This document shows positions 8,866 through 17,506 of a stretch of DNA of 64,000 nt, in pieces. A program made the position numbers and the translations under genes. The notes beneath the pieces were generated by a model. It was not told where the DNA came from. It saw only the letters and a program-made list of their open reading frames with translations, and made no database searches. How positions within the stretch are numbered: the stretch's first letter is position 1; each line of letters begins with the position of its first letter. Origin of the DNA: a virus; IMG/VR virus record IMGVR_UViG_3300009171_000001, positions 9,760 through 73,759 of that record. One strand, 5' to 3'.

Positions 8866-10266
8866 TCATTTCTCATTATCACCTTTGTCCTCATCTTCAT
8901 CCTCATCCTCATCCAATAAATCACCTTGATATTGGGTTCGTTCCCCCTCAATCATATTCACCTCAGCCTCAGACATCCGGTGAATAGAGGTTAAATAGGA
9001 GCGTGGGGGGAGTAAAGCATCTACTCCACCAGCCACATATTTAGCAAACGCATCAGTCTTTTTCATTGCTATGTCCGCCACATCCATTTCAGTAGGCGAT
9101 TCCAAATCTGGCCATTTCACCTTATATTCGGTGGGTTTGGGCAAACAACCCAAAGCAATCAACCTATCAAAAAATGGACGTATTACCAAAGGTGTCAAGT
9201 AACTTTCACGACGCCTGGAAATACGGCTGTTATGTACCTTTTTATCCTGCACCCCCGCCAACTTCCCCTCCTCTGTCCCCATAAATATCCGGTACGGTAT
9301 TCCCAAAGCCATTGCTATCAACCGCACATGCCACTCCAAATGTCCTGATGGGTTGACCGCCTGTGGCTGTAAAGATTTAGCCGATACCCCAGTCAACATC
9401 AACCATCGTTGCAAACCCTGCCCCCATAAAAATAATTGGTCCTTCATACTTTCCTCATCTATTGTAGCCCCCGCCTTTTCCGCCTCTGGGGTCAATTCAA
9501 AGGAGTAACCTGGAAAACCACCTTTCCAAAACATTTCACCACTACCGCCACTGATTTTCTTAACATCCAATAAATTATTATATACAGGTTTCATCCTGGG
9601 TACACCTAACACATCACTGACGGTACGATTATCTACAAGATGAATGATGCGGGACCAATGCACTATTTTTTGTTCCGTAGTATTTGTCCCTTCAAACTTG
9701 ATTTCATATCGGGTTGGAAAACCATAACGTGGATTAGTGGCAGTGGTTTCACTTTCTTTTATAGTCACCACAGATTGGTCGAATGTTTGTAAAAACAACA
9801 ACTCCCTTTTTGTATCACCCTTCCCCCCATTAGCCTCAACCTCCATAACAGGTTCACTCAAGGGTTTGCCATCATTCAAACCCAACAGTATTACCCCAAA
9901 TTGACCTATACCACTCAACACATCGGCACGGCTGAGATAATACCAGATGGGTAATCGTTTGAATAAAGCATTCACAGCTTTCTCAAATTCCGTCTCCTCT
10001 TTATCTTCAATTTCATAAATTTCCGGCAACAACTTCCAACATTCCTCCGGCCACACCTCCACCACCCGTTTGGCTAATCCATGTCTATCAAAAAAGCCCT
10101 TGTAATCCTCAATTGTCAAATCTGTAGGATATTGACATTCAGTATCTATATTTCTGGCTGGACTGAGCAAACGCTGTAAAAGCTCCCGCCTCAATGTAAC
10201 CGCCTCATTCCTAAATACTTGCTGTAATTGTTCATTTGATGTAACTGGTTTTTGTTCTTCTGCCAT
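8866..10266 (-). CDS. Portal protein (DUF1073 family)
   Basis: R.GLAKRVVE, NPRYGFP, VHWSRIIH, GIPYRIFMG...GKLA motifs; follows terL. Confidence 0.9.
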   Translation of the reverse strand: MAEEQKPVTSNEQLQQVFRNEAVTLRRELLQRLLSPARNIDTECQYPTDLTIEDYKGFFDRHGLAKRVVEVWPEECWKLLPEIYEIEDKEETEFEKAVNALFKRLPIWYYLSRADVLSGIGQFGVILLGLNDGKPLSEPVMEVEANGGKGDTKRELLFLQTFDQSVVTIKESETTATNPRYGFPTRYEIKFEGTNTTEQKIVHWSRIIHLVDNRTVSDVLGVPRMKPVYNNLLDVKKISGGSGEMFWKGGFPGYSFELTPEAEKAGATIDEESMKDQLFLWGQGLQRWLMLTGVSAKSLQPQAVNPSGHLEWHVRLIAMALGIPYRIFMGTEEGKLAGVQDKKVHNSRISRRRESYLTPLVIRPFFDRLIALGCLPKPTEYKVKWPDLESPTEMDVADIAMKKTDAFAKYVAGGVDALLPPRSYLTSIHRMSEAEVNMIEGERTQYQGDLLDEDEDEDEDKGDNEK

Positions 10267-10277
10267 AATTTAACCTT

Positions 10278-11786
10278 TCAAGAGTACTTTTTGCTTGTCA
10301 ATCCGTGAAAAATCCCTTTTGATGTCTGCCATCCACCACCAGCCCTTACAACTGGTTTGCTCAAAAAATTAAAAGCACCACTACTGGCATCTACTTGATC
10401 TTTATACTTGCTACGTGGAAAATGCCTCAATTCATCCAGATATTCTTTATTCCATCCCCCTGGCACCATATAAACATTTCCAATGTTGACTTGGGATGCA
10501 TATGGTTCAGCCCTCATTTCTTTATTACCAGAGGATTGACCCACTTTATCTACACTTACAGAATACCCAGCCAGATTACGCACAGTCCATACCGCACTAT
10601 CTTTCCCACCACTCCCAGGCTCTTGCTCCACCCTTATCCTCACATCCTTCCCATCCAATTCAGCCACATCCCTAATCTTTCTCTCCCTCTCATCCACCCC
10701 CCACTGTCCTTTCACCACATTCAACACCCAATACCTCCCCTCTTTATCCTTCCCCATCTCCACCCCCGCCGTCCTGGCCCCACCATCTTTAGTACCCGCC
10801 TTATCCCAATAACGTAATCTCGTCACCCATTGTATTTTATCCGGTATTTCAGACAGGACAATCATATTTGTCTTGAACATCATACCACCTTCAGGTATAG
10901 GTTTTTGTAATACCTGGCCGGCATAACCATATTCACCCAACTGTCTCCACAAATCCTCCAAATACCCCCTGGGCATCTTAACAGGGTCAAGTAATCCATC
11001 TTTGTAATATTTTTTCAATTCAGGTGGTTTTACATCATCTGTTATTTCACCAGGCAAACATATATGTTGGATATCATCCCCACCCATATCCAACAAAGTT
11101 TGTGTAGGGTCATCCTGATGCAACCGCTGCATAATGAGGATGATAGGGGCAATACGTTTGTAAGTAGCCACCTTTCGTGTAGGCAACGTCCTGGTCATCC
11201 ATCGGTTCACCGTTTTCAAATCAGCTTCAGATGCACTGCGTTCAGGGTCAATAGGGTCATCCACAAGCAAAAAATGCCCGTGCATGCCTTGAACCTGCCC
11301 CCCCACACCCACCGTGTACCGGCTGCCACCCAATGTATTTTTGAAATAGCTTTTGACATGCTGATCCTGCCTCAACACAATTTCAGGGTAACAAGCCCTA
11401 TATTTCTCACTCCATATCAAATCCCTACTTTTCAAAGCCAAATCCAACCCTACACTGTCAGTATAACTGGCGGTAATAAATTGTGCACTGGGCATCCGTG
11501 TCCACACCCACGCCGGATACATAATACTACAGATGGTACTTTTAGTTGTGCCAGGGGGGATATTCACTACAATATCACCTTTTTTGGGCAACCTGTTAAA
11601 AACCCGCTCAGCAGCAGTTTGTAATACCCCACACAGATATGATATATGCCAGTTGTCAATAAATGGCTCACACAGAAAACTTTCAAAGAATTCCACCACA
11701 AACCGATAAAAACTACTCCGGCATATACTACCCACCACAGTGGCTTCATCCAATTCTAATTCATCCAATACACTCATGTCTATCAT
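10278..11786 (-). CDS. terL: Terminase large subunit
   Basis: NIPPGTTKS Walker A, LLVDDP Walker B, IMQRLH.DD, RYWDKA and DQVDA nuclease motifs. Confidence 0.95.
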   Translation of the reverse strand: MIDMSVLDELELDEATVVGSICRSSFYRFVVEFFESFLCEPFIDNWHISYLCGVLQTAAERVFNRLPKKGDIVVNIPPGTTKSTICSIMYPAWVWTRMPSAQFITASYTDSVGLDLALKSRDLIWSEKYRACYPEIVLRQDQHVKSYFKNTLGGSRYTVGVGGQVQGMHGHFLLVDDPIDPERSASEADLKTVNRWMTRTLPTRKVATYKRIAPIILIMQRLHQDDPTQTLLDMGGDDIQHICLPGEITDDVKPPELKKYYKDGLLDPVKMPRGYLEDLWRQLGEYGYAGQVLQKPIPEGGMMFKTNMIVLSEIPDKIQWVTRLRYWDKAGTKDGGARTAGVEMGKDKEGRYWVLNVVKGQWGVDERERKIRDVAELDGKDVRIRVEQEPGSGGKDSAVWTVRNLAGYSVSVDKVGQSSGNKEMRAEPYASQVNIGNVYMVPGGWNKEYLDELRHFPRSKYKDQVDASSGAFNFLSKPVVRAGGGWQTSKGIFHGLTSKKYS

Positions 11787-11894
11787 ATGACAAATCCCAA
11801 AAATTTATACGGGATAAAAAATACACCCGATAGAAAATATAATAACGGGGTGGGGTAAGCTAAGCTACTGGAAAATATAGGGGATAATAAATGA

Positions 11895-12061
11895 ACGATA
11901 TATAGTCTATAAAGTAAATCCCAAAAATTGGATGAATATGAAAAACCCACCCCGATGAATAATAAATAGGGGGTATAGGGGGATAATATCTGGTTGAAGG
12001 GGAGTATCAGGAATATCAAGAATAGTACGATATATAGTCTATAAAGTAAATCCCAAAAATT
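11895..12061. repeat. 35-bp direct repeat pair
   Basis: ACGATATATAGTCTATAAAGTAAATCCCAAAAATT at 11895-11929 and 12027-12061; partial copy near 11792. Confidence 0.85.
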
Positions 12062-12139
12062 TGGTAATAACCGTGGGATGGCCATTACCCCCCCTTTTAC
12101 CCCCTCCCCCCCTCTATAGCGGGGTCGTCTAAAAATAAA

Positions 12140-12380
12140 TATATACTTTATATCCATAATACATCCTATATATACTATCTATACATCTATACTATATATC
12201 CTATAATAGTATATACTTTATATCCTGAATATACTTTGTATATACTATATATCTATACTATACTTATATCCTATTCTGGTATATACTATCTATACTTTTC
12301 TTATCCATAATACATCCTATATATACTATATATCTATACTATACTTATATCCTATTTTGGTATATACTATATATCCTATT
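12140..12380. repeat. TA-rich degenerate tandem repeats
   Basis: Reiterated TATATACTAT/ATATCCTAT units; TATCCATAATACATCCTATATATACTAT at 12151 and 12302. Confidence 0.75.
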
Positions 12381-12381
12381 T

Positions 12382-13167
12382 CTATTCATTACCTGCACCC
12401 CCCTCATTATCTATTTTATCGGGTAATAGGGCCACGGGATTAGGGGATGGTATATTATCTATAACCGTACTATCGATGGCCCGCCGTCTAATAGTTTCTA
12501 ATATCTTCTCGCGTACATCCATCGGTAACTCGTCTATAACTATCCTTCCTTTTATAGTAGTATTTTTATCTATCTCTATTTTCTCCCCGTACCCTCTATC
12601 CTTACACTTTGTTTTTAGCCCGTATAGAATCGCCGTTGTATCCATCGCTTTTACTAATTTATAAAATTGACTCTCTATAAAATCCTTCTTTATATCCTCT
12701 ATTTCTTTTACTAACTTACCGAAATCGCCATCGTTATTTAACCACTGGTAATACAACCCTCTACTTATCCCGACTTTCCGGCAAGCCTTCGCTATAGAGA
12801 AATTATTAGATATTAGGGCGTAGATAAAAAGATATTGATTAGCTGCTTTCCCCTTATTAGCCAAAAGGCTTTCTATTTTCCCCGTATCCGTCCCCTCTTT
12901 ATCATACTGATTTATCTTTTCCCAAACGGATTTTAGGTTATCGGGTAGCCGATTATAAACATAGTCTTTTATGCTTAGGTTGTTATTAGTTTTTTTCCGT
13001 ATAGACTTAGCTGTCTTTATAGCCATTCTAATCTTTTTATACTTTTTTCTCCATGTTATCAAGGTTGGCTTAGTCACGCCTATAGTTTTGGCTACGGTAT
13101 TTAAGGTGGCACCATCCTTCACCAAATCGTATATCGTAAAAACTAAACTATCGTTCCATTTTGTCAT
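12382..13167 (-). CDS. Terminase small subunit-like protein with two HTH motifs
   Basis: HTHs VAKTIGVTKPTLITW and ACRKVGISRGLYYQW; AILYGLKTKCKDRGY motif; upstream of terL. Confidence 0.75.
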   Translation of the reverse strand: MTKWNDSLVFTIYDLVKDGATLNTVAKTIGVTKPTLITWRKKYKKIRMAIKTAKSIRKKTNNNLSIKDYVYNRLPDNLKSVWEKINQYDKEGTDTGKIESLLANKGKAANQYLFIYALISNNFSIAKACRKVGISRGLYYQWLNNDGDFGKLVKEIEDIKKDFIESQFYKLVKAMDTTAILYGLKTKCKDRGYGEKIEIDKNTTIKGRIVIDELPMDVREKILETIRRRAIDSTVIDNIPSPNPVALLPDKIDNEGGAGNE

Positions 13168-13378
13168 ATATCTAATTATATCCTATATATCCTATATATT
13201 TATACCCTGATTAGGGATTTTTAGAATATACCGTTGAAACCTGAAAAAGTCAATAGGCAGGTATAGATTTATAGACGGAAAAAAGTAAAATTTCTTAAGA
13301 TTTTTTGGCCTTAAAATCTTGGTTTTTAGCGTAAAAACGGGGTTTTCCAAGATTTTTTCGATATACCCTAAAATTTTC

Positions 13379-13406
13379 TAAAGATTTCTCTCGCCTTAGC
13401 CGATAA
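13379..13406 (+). promoter_or_regulatory. Putative early promoter, sigma28-like TAAAG-N15-GCCGATAA
   Basis: TAAAGATT at 13379 and GCCGATAA at 13399-13406, at the head of the rightward early region. Confidence 0.5.
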
Positions 13407-13429
13407 CGTATAGTATAGTATATATAGTA

Positions 13430-13770
13430 TAGGCTATAAAGTATAGCCTAAGCATATTTGACAAGTTTATATCGGAGGCCGGGAAGGGCGGATTTTACTA
13501 CGGGGTAAGATTACGCGGTCGGCCTAAAATACCGGAAGGAATCTAAGTCGATACGCTACGGCTTACCTGGAAGTCCCGCTCCCGAAGAGGGCAGGCGGGT
13601 ATCTAAGGAAACTACGGGTGGACGGCTTCCAGCTCTATTTCAACCACGCTTCGGCCTCAGGCCCGATAGGGGTTAAAATAGTATCAAGGCTGGCGGCGGG
13701 GCAGGGCGATATATCGTAAGGATTTACGGGCAAGCGGGCGATACCAAGCAGATTTATCTGCCGGCAAAAG
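13430..13770 (+). ncRNA. Putative structured leader RNA of the early transcript
   Basis: ORF-free GC-rich island; hairpin 13430-13450; boxA-like GCATATTTGACAA at 13452; pairings GAGGCCG(13475)/CGGCCTC(13652), CTGGAAGTC(13567)/GGCTTCCAG(13624), CCCGC/GCGGG. Confidence 0.55.
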
Positions 13771-13850
13771 TCCACAATATAATATAAGATATATATACTT
13801 TATATATATACTTATATTACCAATTCTCCCTTAGAAAGAAAATTAGATTA

Positions 13851-13913
13851 GGGCCTAATCGGATTACCCGACAAAATATATCGGGTATAGCGGTTCAACT
13901 CCGCTATAGGCTC
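13851..13913 (+). ncRNA. tRNA-mimic element T1 (acceptor stem + T-arm, no D/anticodon arms)
   Basis: GGGCCTA/TAGGCTC stem; T-arm TAGCGG-TTCAACT-CCGCTA; internal TACCCGA/TCGGGTA hairpin. Confidence 0.7.
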
Positions 13914-13926
13914 TTGTGTTTGTAAG

Positions 13927-13969
13927 TAAAATATCTAATAATTATCTTATTTAAGGAGAACAAAAAATG
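13927..13969 (+). promoter_or_regulatory. Conserved early-gene leader/RBS (TAAAATATCTAATAATTATCTTATTTAAGGAGAACAAAAATG)
   Basis: Near-identical copies start at about 13927, 14310, 14684, 15150, 16122, 16474 and 18688; RBS-only copies near 18990 and 19917. Confidence 0.85.
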
Positions 13970-14233
13970 AAAACCGAAACGAAAACCGAAACGAAAATTA
14001 CGAACGCCGAAAAAAGGGTAATCTTATCCGCTATTCGGGAAAAGATAAAAATCGCCTCCGATATTCTTTCCGTCGCCACCGTCGAGGAAAATTACGAGGA
14101 TGAGGTAGTTATCGATGCGATAACGGACGCGGCGTTAATCATCGAAATCGCGTATCTTAATTCGCTCGATGACGGCGGAGCGAGGATTCTTTACCCGCCG
14201 AAAGACGGGGAGGCCTACCGGAACGGGGAATAA
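13967..14233 (+). CDS. Early hypothetical protein
   Basis: 88 aa; conserved leader/RBS. Confidence 0.8.
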   Translation: MKTETKTETKITNAEKRVILSAIREKIKIASDILSVATVEENYEDEVVIDAITDAALIIEIAYLNSLDDGGARILYPPKDGEAYRNGE

Positions 14234-14234
14234 A

Positions 14235-14310
14235 AGTTGAAATACCCGATAATCTATATCGGGTATATATAGGTGAAAAGCGATAACCTATACTGATGAG
14301 ACTAATCGCT
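14235..14310 (+). ncRNA. Hammerhead ribozyme, type II (HH1)
   Basis: AGTT-GAAA-stem III (TACCCGAT/ATCGGGTA)-TA-stem I (TATAGGT/ACCTATA)-CTGATGA-GACT; loop AGCGAT pairs with 3' ATCGCT; predicted cut after 14267. Confidence 0.92.
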
Positions 14311-14347
14311 AAAATATCTATTTAATATCTATTTAAGGAGAACAAAA

Positions 14348-14623
14348 ATGAGAACGTCGAGAAAAGCTCCGATTATTCAAGTCCGAACTTTGGCCGAAAG
14401 GATAATCGAAATTAGCGAAAATCCACTAAGTGAAGCAGATTTTGAAGGGAAGACGGGACGCTCTCGGAGCGAGGTATTACTATTTTTAGCGAAGACTATC
14501 CTAATGGAATTAGAATCCACCGCTAAGTCTCGCCTCTTATATATACCCGCTAAGTCAAGCATTGCCGCTAAGTCAAGCATTGCCGCTAAGTCAAGCATTG
14601 CCGCTAAGTCAAGCATCCGCTAA
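14348..14623 (+). CDS. Early hypothetical protein with C-terminal AAKSSI repeats
   Basis: 91 aa; conserved leader/RBS. Confidence 0.75.
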   Translation: MRTSRKAPIIQVRTLAERIIEISENPLSEADFEGKTGRSRSEVLLFLAKTILMELESTAKSRLLYIPAKSSIAAKSSIAAKSSIAAKSSIR

Positions 14624-14626
14624 GTC
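14547..14626 (+). repeat. 18-bp tandem repeat CCGCTAAGTCAAGCATTG (~4 copies)
   Basis: Directly visible in the sequence. Confidence 0.9.
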
Positions 14627-14676
14627 TCCATCTGAAATAGAGGTCAGATTTATAGGTTCGACTCCTATGGAGACTT
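14622..14676 (+). ncRNA. tRNA-mimic element T2
   Basis: AAGTCTCC/GGAGACTT stem; T-arm ATAGG-TTCGACT-CCTAT; internal ATCTGA/TCAGAT hairpin. Confidence 0.72.
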
Positions 14677-14722
14677 TTGTAAGTAAAATATCTAATAATT
14701 ATCTTATTTAAGGAGAACAAAA

Positions 14723-15058
14723 ATGAAGACCAAAATAAAAGACACATTAAGACCATTCACTAAACAGGATGATCGCGTTTTTTGCAGCACTAAAAAACCT
14801 TCGGATGGCTCAACACCACTTATCGGCAGGGTCAAGATAACAAATTGGCCTGATTCCGATAAAACTGATGGGTGGGATGACTTTGTGACTGTAATAGTGG
14901 ATGGCCTCGGAGTATGTTTGTGTGGGACAGATGGTGTATTAACAAGAGCCATCCCAGATTTTGAAGATGCTAAGGCCATTGCATATTACATTCTCTCCAC
15001 TCCCACAGATTACATCCAACTGGTAAATAGCGGCAAGTGGGAATCCATCAATCTGTAG
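14723..15058 (+). CDS. Early hypothetical protein
   Basis: 111 aa; conserved leader/RBS. Confidence 0.8.
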   Translation: MKTKIKDTLRPFTKQDDRVFCSTKKPSDGSTPLIGRVKITNWPDSDKTDGWDDFVTVIVDGLGVCLCGTDGVLTRAIPDFEDAKAIAYYILSTPTDYIQLVNSGKWESINL

Positions 15059-15074
15059 TAAAAACCGCCCGCTA

Positions 15075-15150
15075 AGTCGAAATACCCGATATAGATTATC
15101 GGGTATATATAGGTCAAAGCGATGAACCTATACTGATGAGACTAATCGCT
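15075..15150 (+). ncRNA. Hammerhead ribozyme, type II (HH2)
   Basis: AGTC-GAAA-stem III-TA-stem I-CTGATGA(15133-15139)-GACT plus pseudoknot; predicted cut after 15107. Confidence 0.94.
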
Positions 15151-15187
15151 AAAATATCTAATAATTATCTTATTAAGGAGAACAAAA

Positions 15188-16048
15188 ATGAAGACAGTAA
15201 AAACAAACCGATTAAGTGAACGTGCTATGCTGGTACACCTGCGCATTTTGAGATATGCCGGTCATACCAAAGACAATGAAGTAGTTTTGGACGTTTGTTC
15301 GCAAAAACAAGCCACTCAGGACAGCGGTGGATGGTACACCTATTTGATTCCAAAAAAGGAATTGAGTGGTGTTAATCACGCTGCTTCCCGATGTCGCGAA
15401 ATCCACAATCACTATACTTTTCCATGGCTGGATGGTGGGATGCGGATATTACCATCTTTGTATTTCTTCAAATACCGCGAAGCCATCGCTACGGCCATCG
15501 CTGAGTATGATGAGGCAGTTGAGATATTTCTAACCAGATACCCAGACATTGTAACTAAGTCCAAGGAACGTCTGGGTCAACTGAACAGAATAATGCCATC
15601 GGTGAAGGAGATTCAAAGCAAGTTTGCAGTTTCACACAGCATATTTCCACTGCCTGAGACGGAGGACTTCCGTGTCAAATTGGCGGATGAGGAAAAGGAG
15701 TCTGTGAAAGCAACAATCACAGACAGTCTCAATGCCACAATGACGGCTGCGGTCAGTGCCGTTTGGGGCAAATTAGCCAAGTCTGTGGAAAAGATTGCTG
15801 CAGCCACAAAGGACAAAGACAAACAATTTCGCAATGTCCTTTTCACAAACTTGGTTCAACTGTGTGAGGATTTGCCTCAACTGAATTTTACTAATGACGT
15901 CAAATTAGAAGAGGTGAGACAGCACATCTTAACTACGCTGGCTAAATTCAATCCAGATGATGTTCGTGAAGACAGTCAAAAACGCAAGGCAGCTGCCAAA
16001 GCAGCCAAAGACGTTTTGAACAAGATGAAAGATTATGCAACTACATAG
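15188..16048 (+). CDS. Conserved phage early protein (DUF3150-like)
   Basis: LSERAMLVHLRI...HYTFPW.DGG.RILP pattern, of the kind often found beside AAA/VWA pairs. Confidence 0.55.
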   Translation: MKTVKTNRLSERAMLVHLRILRYAGHTKDNEVVLDVCSQKQATQDSGGWYTYLIPKKELSGVNHAASRCREIHNHYTFPWLDGGMRILPSLYFFKYREAIATAIAEYDEAVEIFLTRYPDIVTKSKERLGQLNRIMPSVKEIQSKFAVSHSIFPLPETEDFRVKLADEEKESVKATITDSLNATMTAAVSAVWGKLAKSVEKIAAATKDKDKQFRNVLFTNLVQLCEDLPQLNFTNDVKLEEVRQHILTTLAKFNPDDVREDSQKRKAAAKAAKDVLNKMKDYATT

Positions 16049-16058
16049 CGTGTTCTCC

Positions 16059-16108
16059 GACCACCGCAGGTTTCAGGCCGTTAATGGGTTCAAACCCCAT
16101 CGGTGGTC
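16059..16108 (+). ncRNA. tRNA-mimic element T3
   Basis: GACCACCG/CGGTGGTC stem; T-arm ATGGG-TTCAAAC-CCCAT. Confidence 0.72.
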
Positions 16109-16160
16109 TTGTGTTTGTATGTAAAATATCTAATAATTATCTTATTTAAGGAGAACAAAA

Positions 16161-16400
16161 ATGAACCTGCAAGAAATTAAAAGCCGAGTTGAGGCACTAA
16201 AAGCCTCTCTGAAAATTGATGCTGTCGATGCCATTTATGAAGACAGCTTTGCGCTCGGCTATTTTGGCAATCAAATCCAGCATGAAATTGCCGGCCACGA
16301 AGGTTGCTTTGCCTATGCTCGTACATCGAGCAAAGCTCGCATCGAGGCGATTGTAAACATGCTTGTGAATGAAGGAGAATGTTTGGCCAAAAAAGACTAA
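16161..16400 (+). CDS. Early hypothetical protein
   Basis: 79 aa; conserved leader/RBS. Confidence 0.8.
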   Translation: MNLQEIKSRVEALKASLKIDAVDAIYEDSFALGYFGNQIQHEIAGHEGCFAYARTSSKARIEAIVNMLVNEGECLAKKD

Positions 16401-16474
16401 GTCGAAATACCCGATATAGAATATCGGGTATCTACGGATAAAAGCGATAATCCGTATCGAAAAGACTAATCGCT
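16400..16474 (+). ncRNA. Hammerhead ribozyme type II with variant core UCGAAAA (HH3)
   Basis: AGTC-GAAA-stem III-TC-stem I (TACGGAT/ATCCGTA)-TCGAAAA(16457-16463)-GACT plus AGCGAT/ATCGCT pseudoknot; predicted cut after 16432. Confidence 0.8.
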
Positions 16475-16511
16475 AAAATATCTAATAAATATCTTAAAAA
16501 GGAGAACAAAA

Positions 16512-17498
16512 ATGAATGCTAAACAAATGAAAGTTGTACTGACTAAGTGCATCAAAAACGGTTTGCCCGTGCTTATCAAAGGAGCGCCAGGTGTTGGCAA
16601 GTCTGATGTCGTGACGCAAGTAGCTGCTGAATTGAAGATGGATTTAATCATCAGCCATCCAGTGGTAAGTGACCCGACAGACTTCAAAGGTCTGCCAGGG
16701 ATTGTGGATGGCAAAGCTGAATTTTTGCCGTTTGGTGATTTGCGCTCGCTAATTCAAGCCAAAAAGCCAACAATTGCTTTCTTGGATGATTTGGGCCAAG
16801 CACCAGCCGCAGTACAAGCTGCAGCAATGCAACTAATCCTTGCTCGCCGAGTGAATGGACATAAAGTGAGTGACAAGGTGGTATTTATTGCCGCCACTAA
16901 TCGACGGCAAGACAGGGCTGGTGTAACAGGCATCCTTGAACCTGTTAAGTCCAGATTTGCCACCATCATTGAGTTGACACCAGATTTAGACAGCTGGTCT
17001 GAGTGGGCGTTGGCTAATGATGTTCCACCGCAGATTTTGGGCTTTTTGAATTTTCGCCCAAATTTGCTTTGCACCAATGAAGCAACAGCCGATATTGTGA
17101 ACCATCCGTGCCCACGTACTTGGGCTTTTGCAAGCAAATTAATCCAAATTGATTTGACGGATATACAAAGTCTGGCTGGAGCTTTGGGCGAAGGTTGTGC
17201 GGTTGAGTTTGTGGGATTTATGCGAGTGTTCGACAGTTTGCCGAACATTCAAACAATCCTATTAGACCCAGAAAATACCACCATCCCAAATGAACCTGCC
17301 GCTATGTATGCTGTGGTGTCCGCCTTGGTTAATCGAGTGTCCGACAAGACATTCAAAGCCATAGTTACATATGCTGACCGTTTGCCAGCTGATTTTGGCA
17401 CGCTGCTAATCCGTGATTGTGTTAAGTCCAATCCAAACATTCAAAACACTGCTGCTTTTGGTCAATGGGCCATCAAGCACGCTAATTTGCTAATATGA
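16512..17498 (+). CDS. MoxR-like AAA+ ATPase
   Basis: GAPGVGKS Walker A, FLDDLGQA Walker B, AATNR, SRF, PRTW. Confidence 0.9.
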   Translation: MNAKQMKVVLTKCIKNGLPVLIKGAPGVGKSDVVTQVAAELKMDLIISHPVVSDPTDFKGLPGIVDGKAEFLPFGDLRSLIQAKKPTIAFLDDLGQAPAAVQAAAMQLILARRVNGHKVSDKVVFIAATNRRQDRAGVTGILEPVKSRFATIIELTPDLDSWSEWALANDVPPQILGFLNFRPNLLCTNEATADIVNHPCPRTWAFASKLIQIDLTDIQSLAGALGEGCAVEFVGFMRVFDSLPNIQTILLDPENTTIPNEPAAMYAVVSALVNRVSDKTFKAIVTYADRLPADFGTLLIRDCVKSNPNIQNTAAFGQWAIKHANLLI

Positions 17499-17506
17499 GG
17501 TGTACA

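Noticed and set aside
11783-12157. 124-aa minus-strand ORF
   Set aside because: Made of the direct repeats and homopolymer tracts; likely spurious.
13851-16108. T1-T3 as genuine tRNA genes
   Set aside because: Only 50-63 nt, with no D arm or proper anticodon arm and no CCA; reported as mimics instead.
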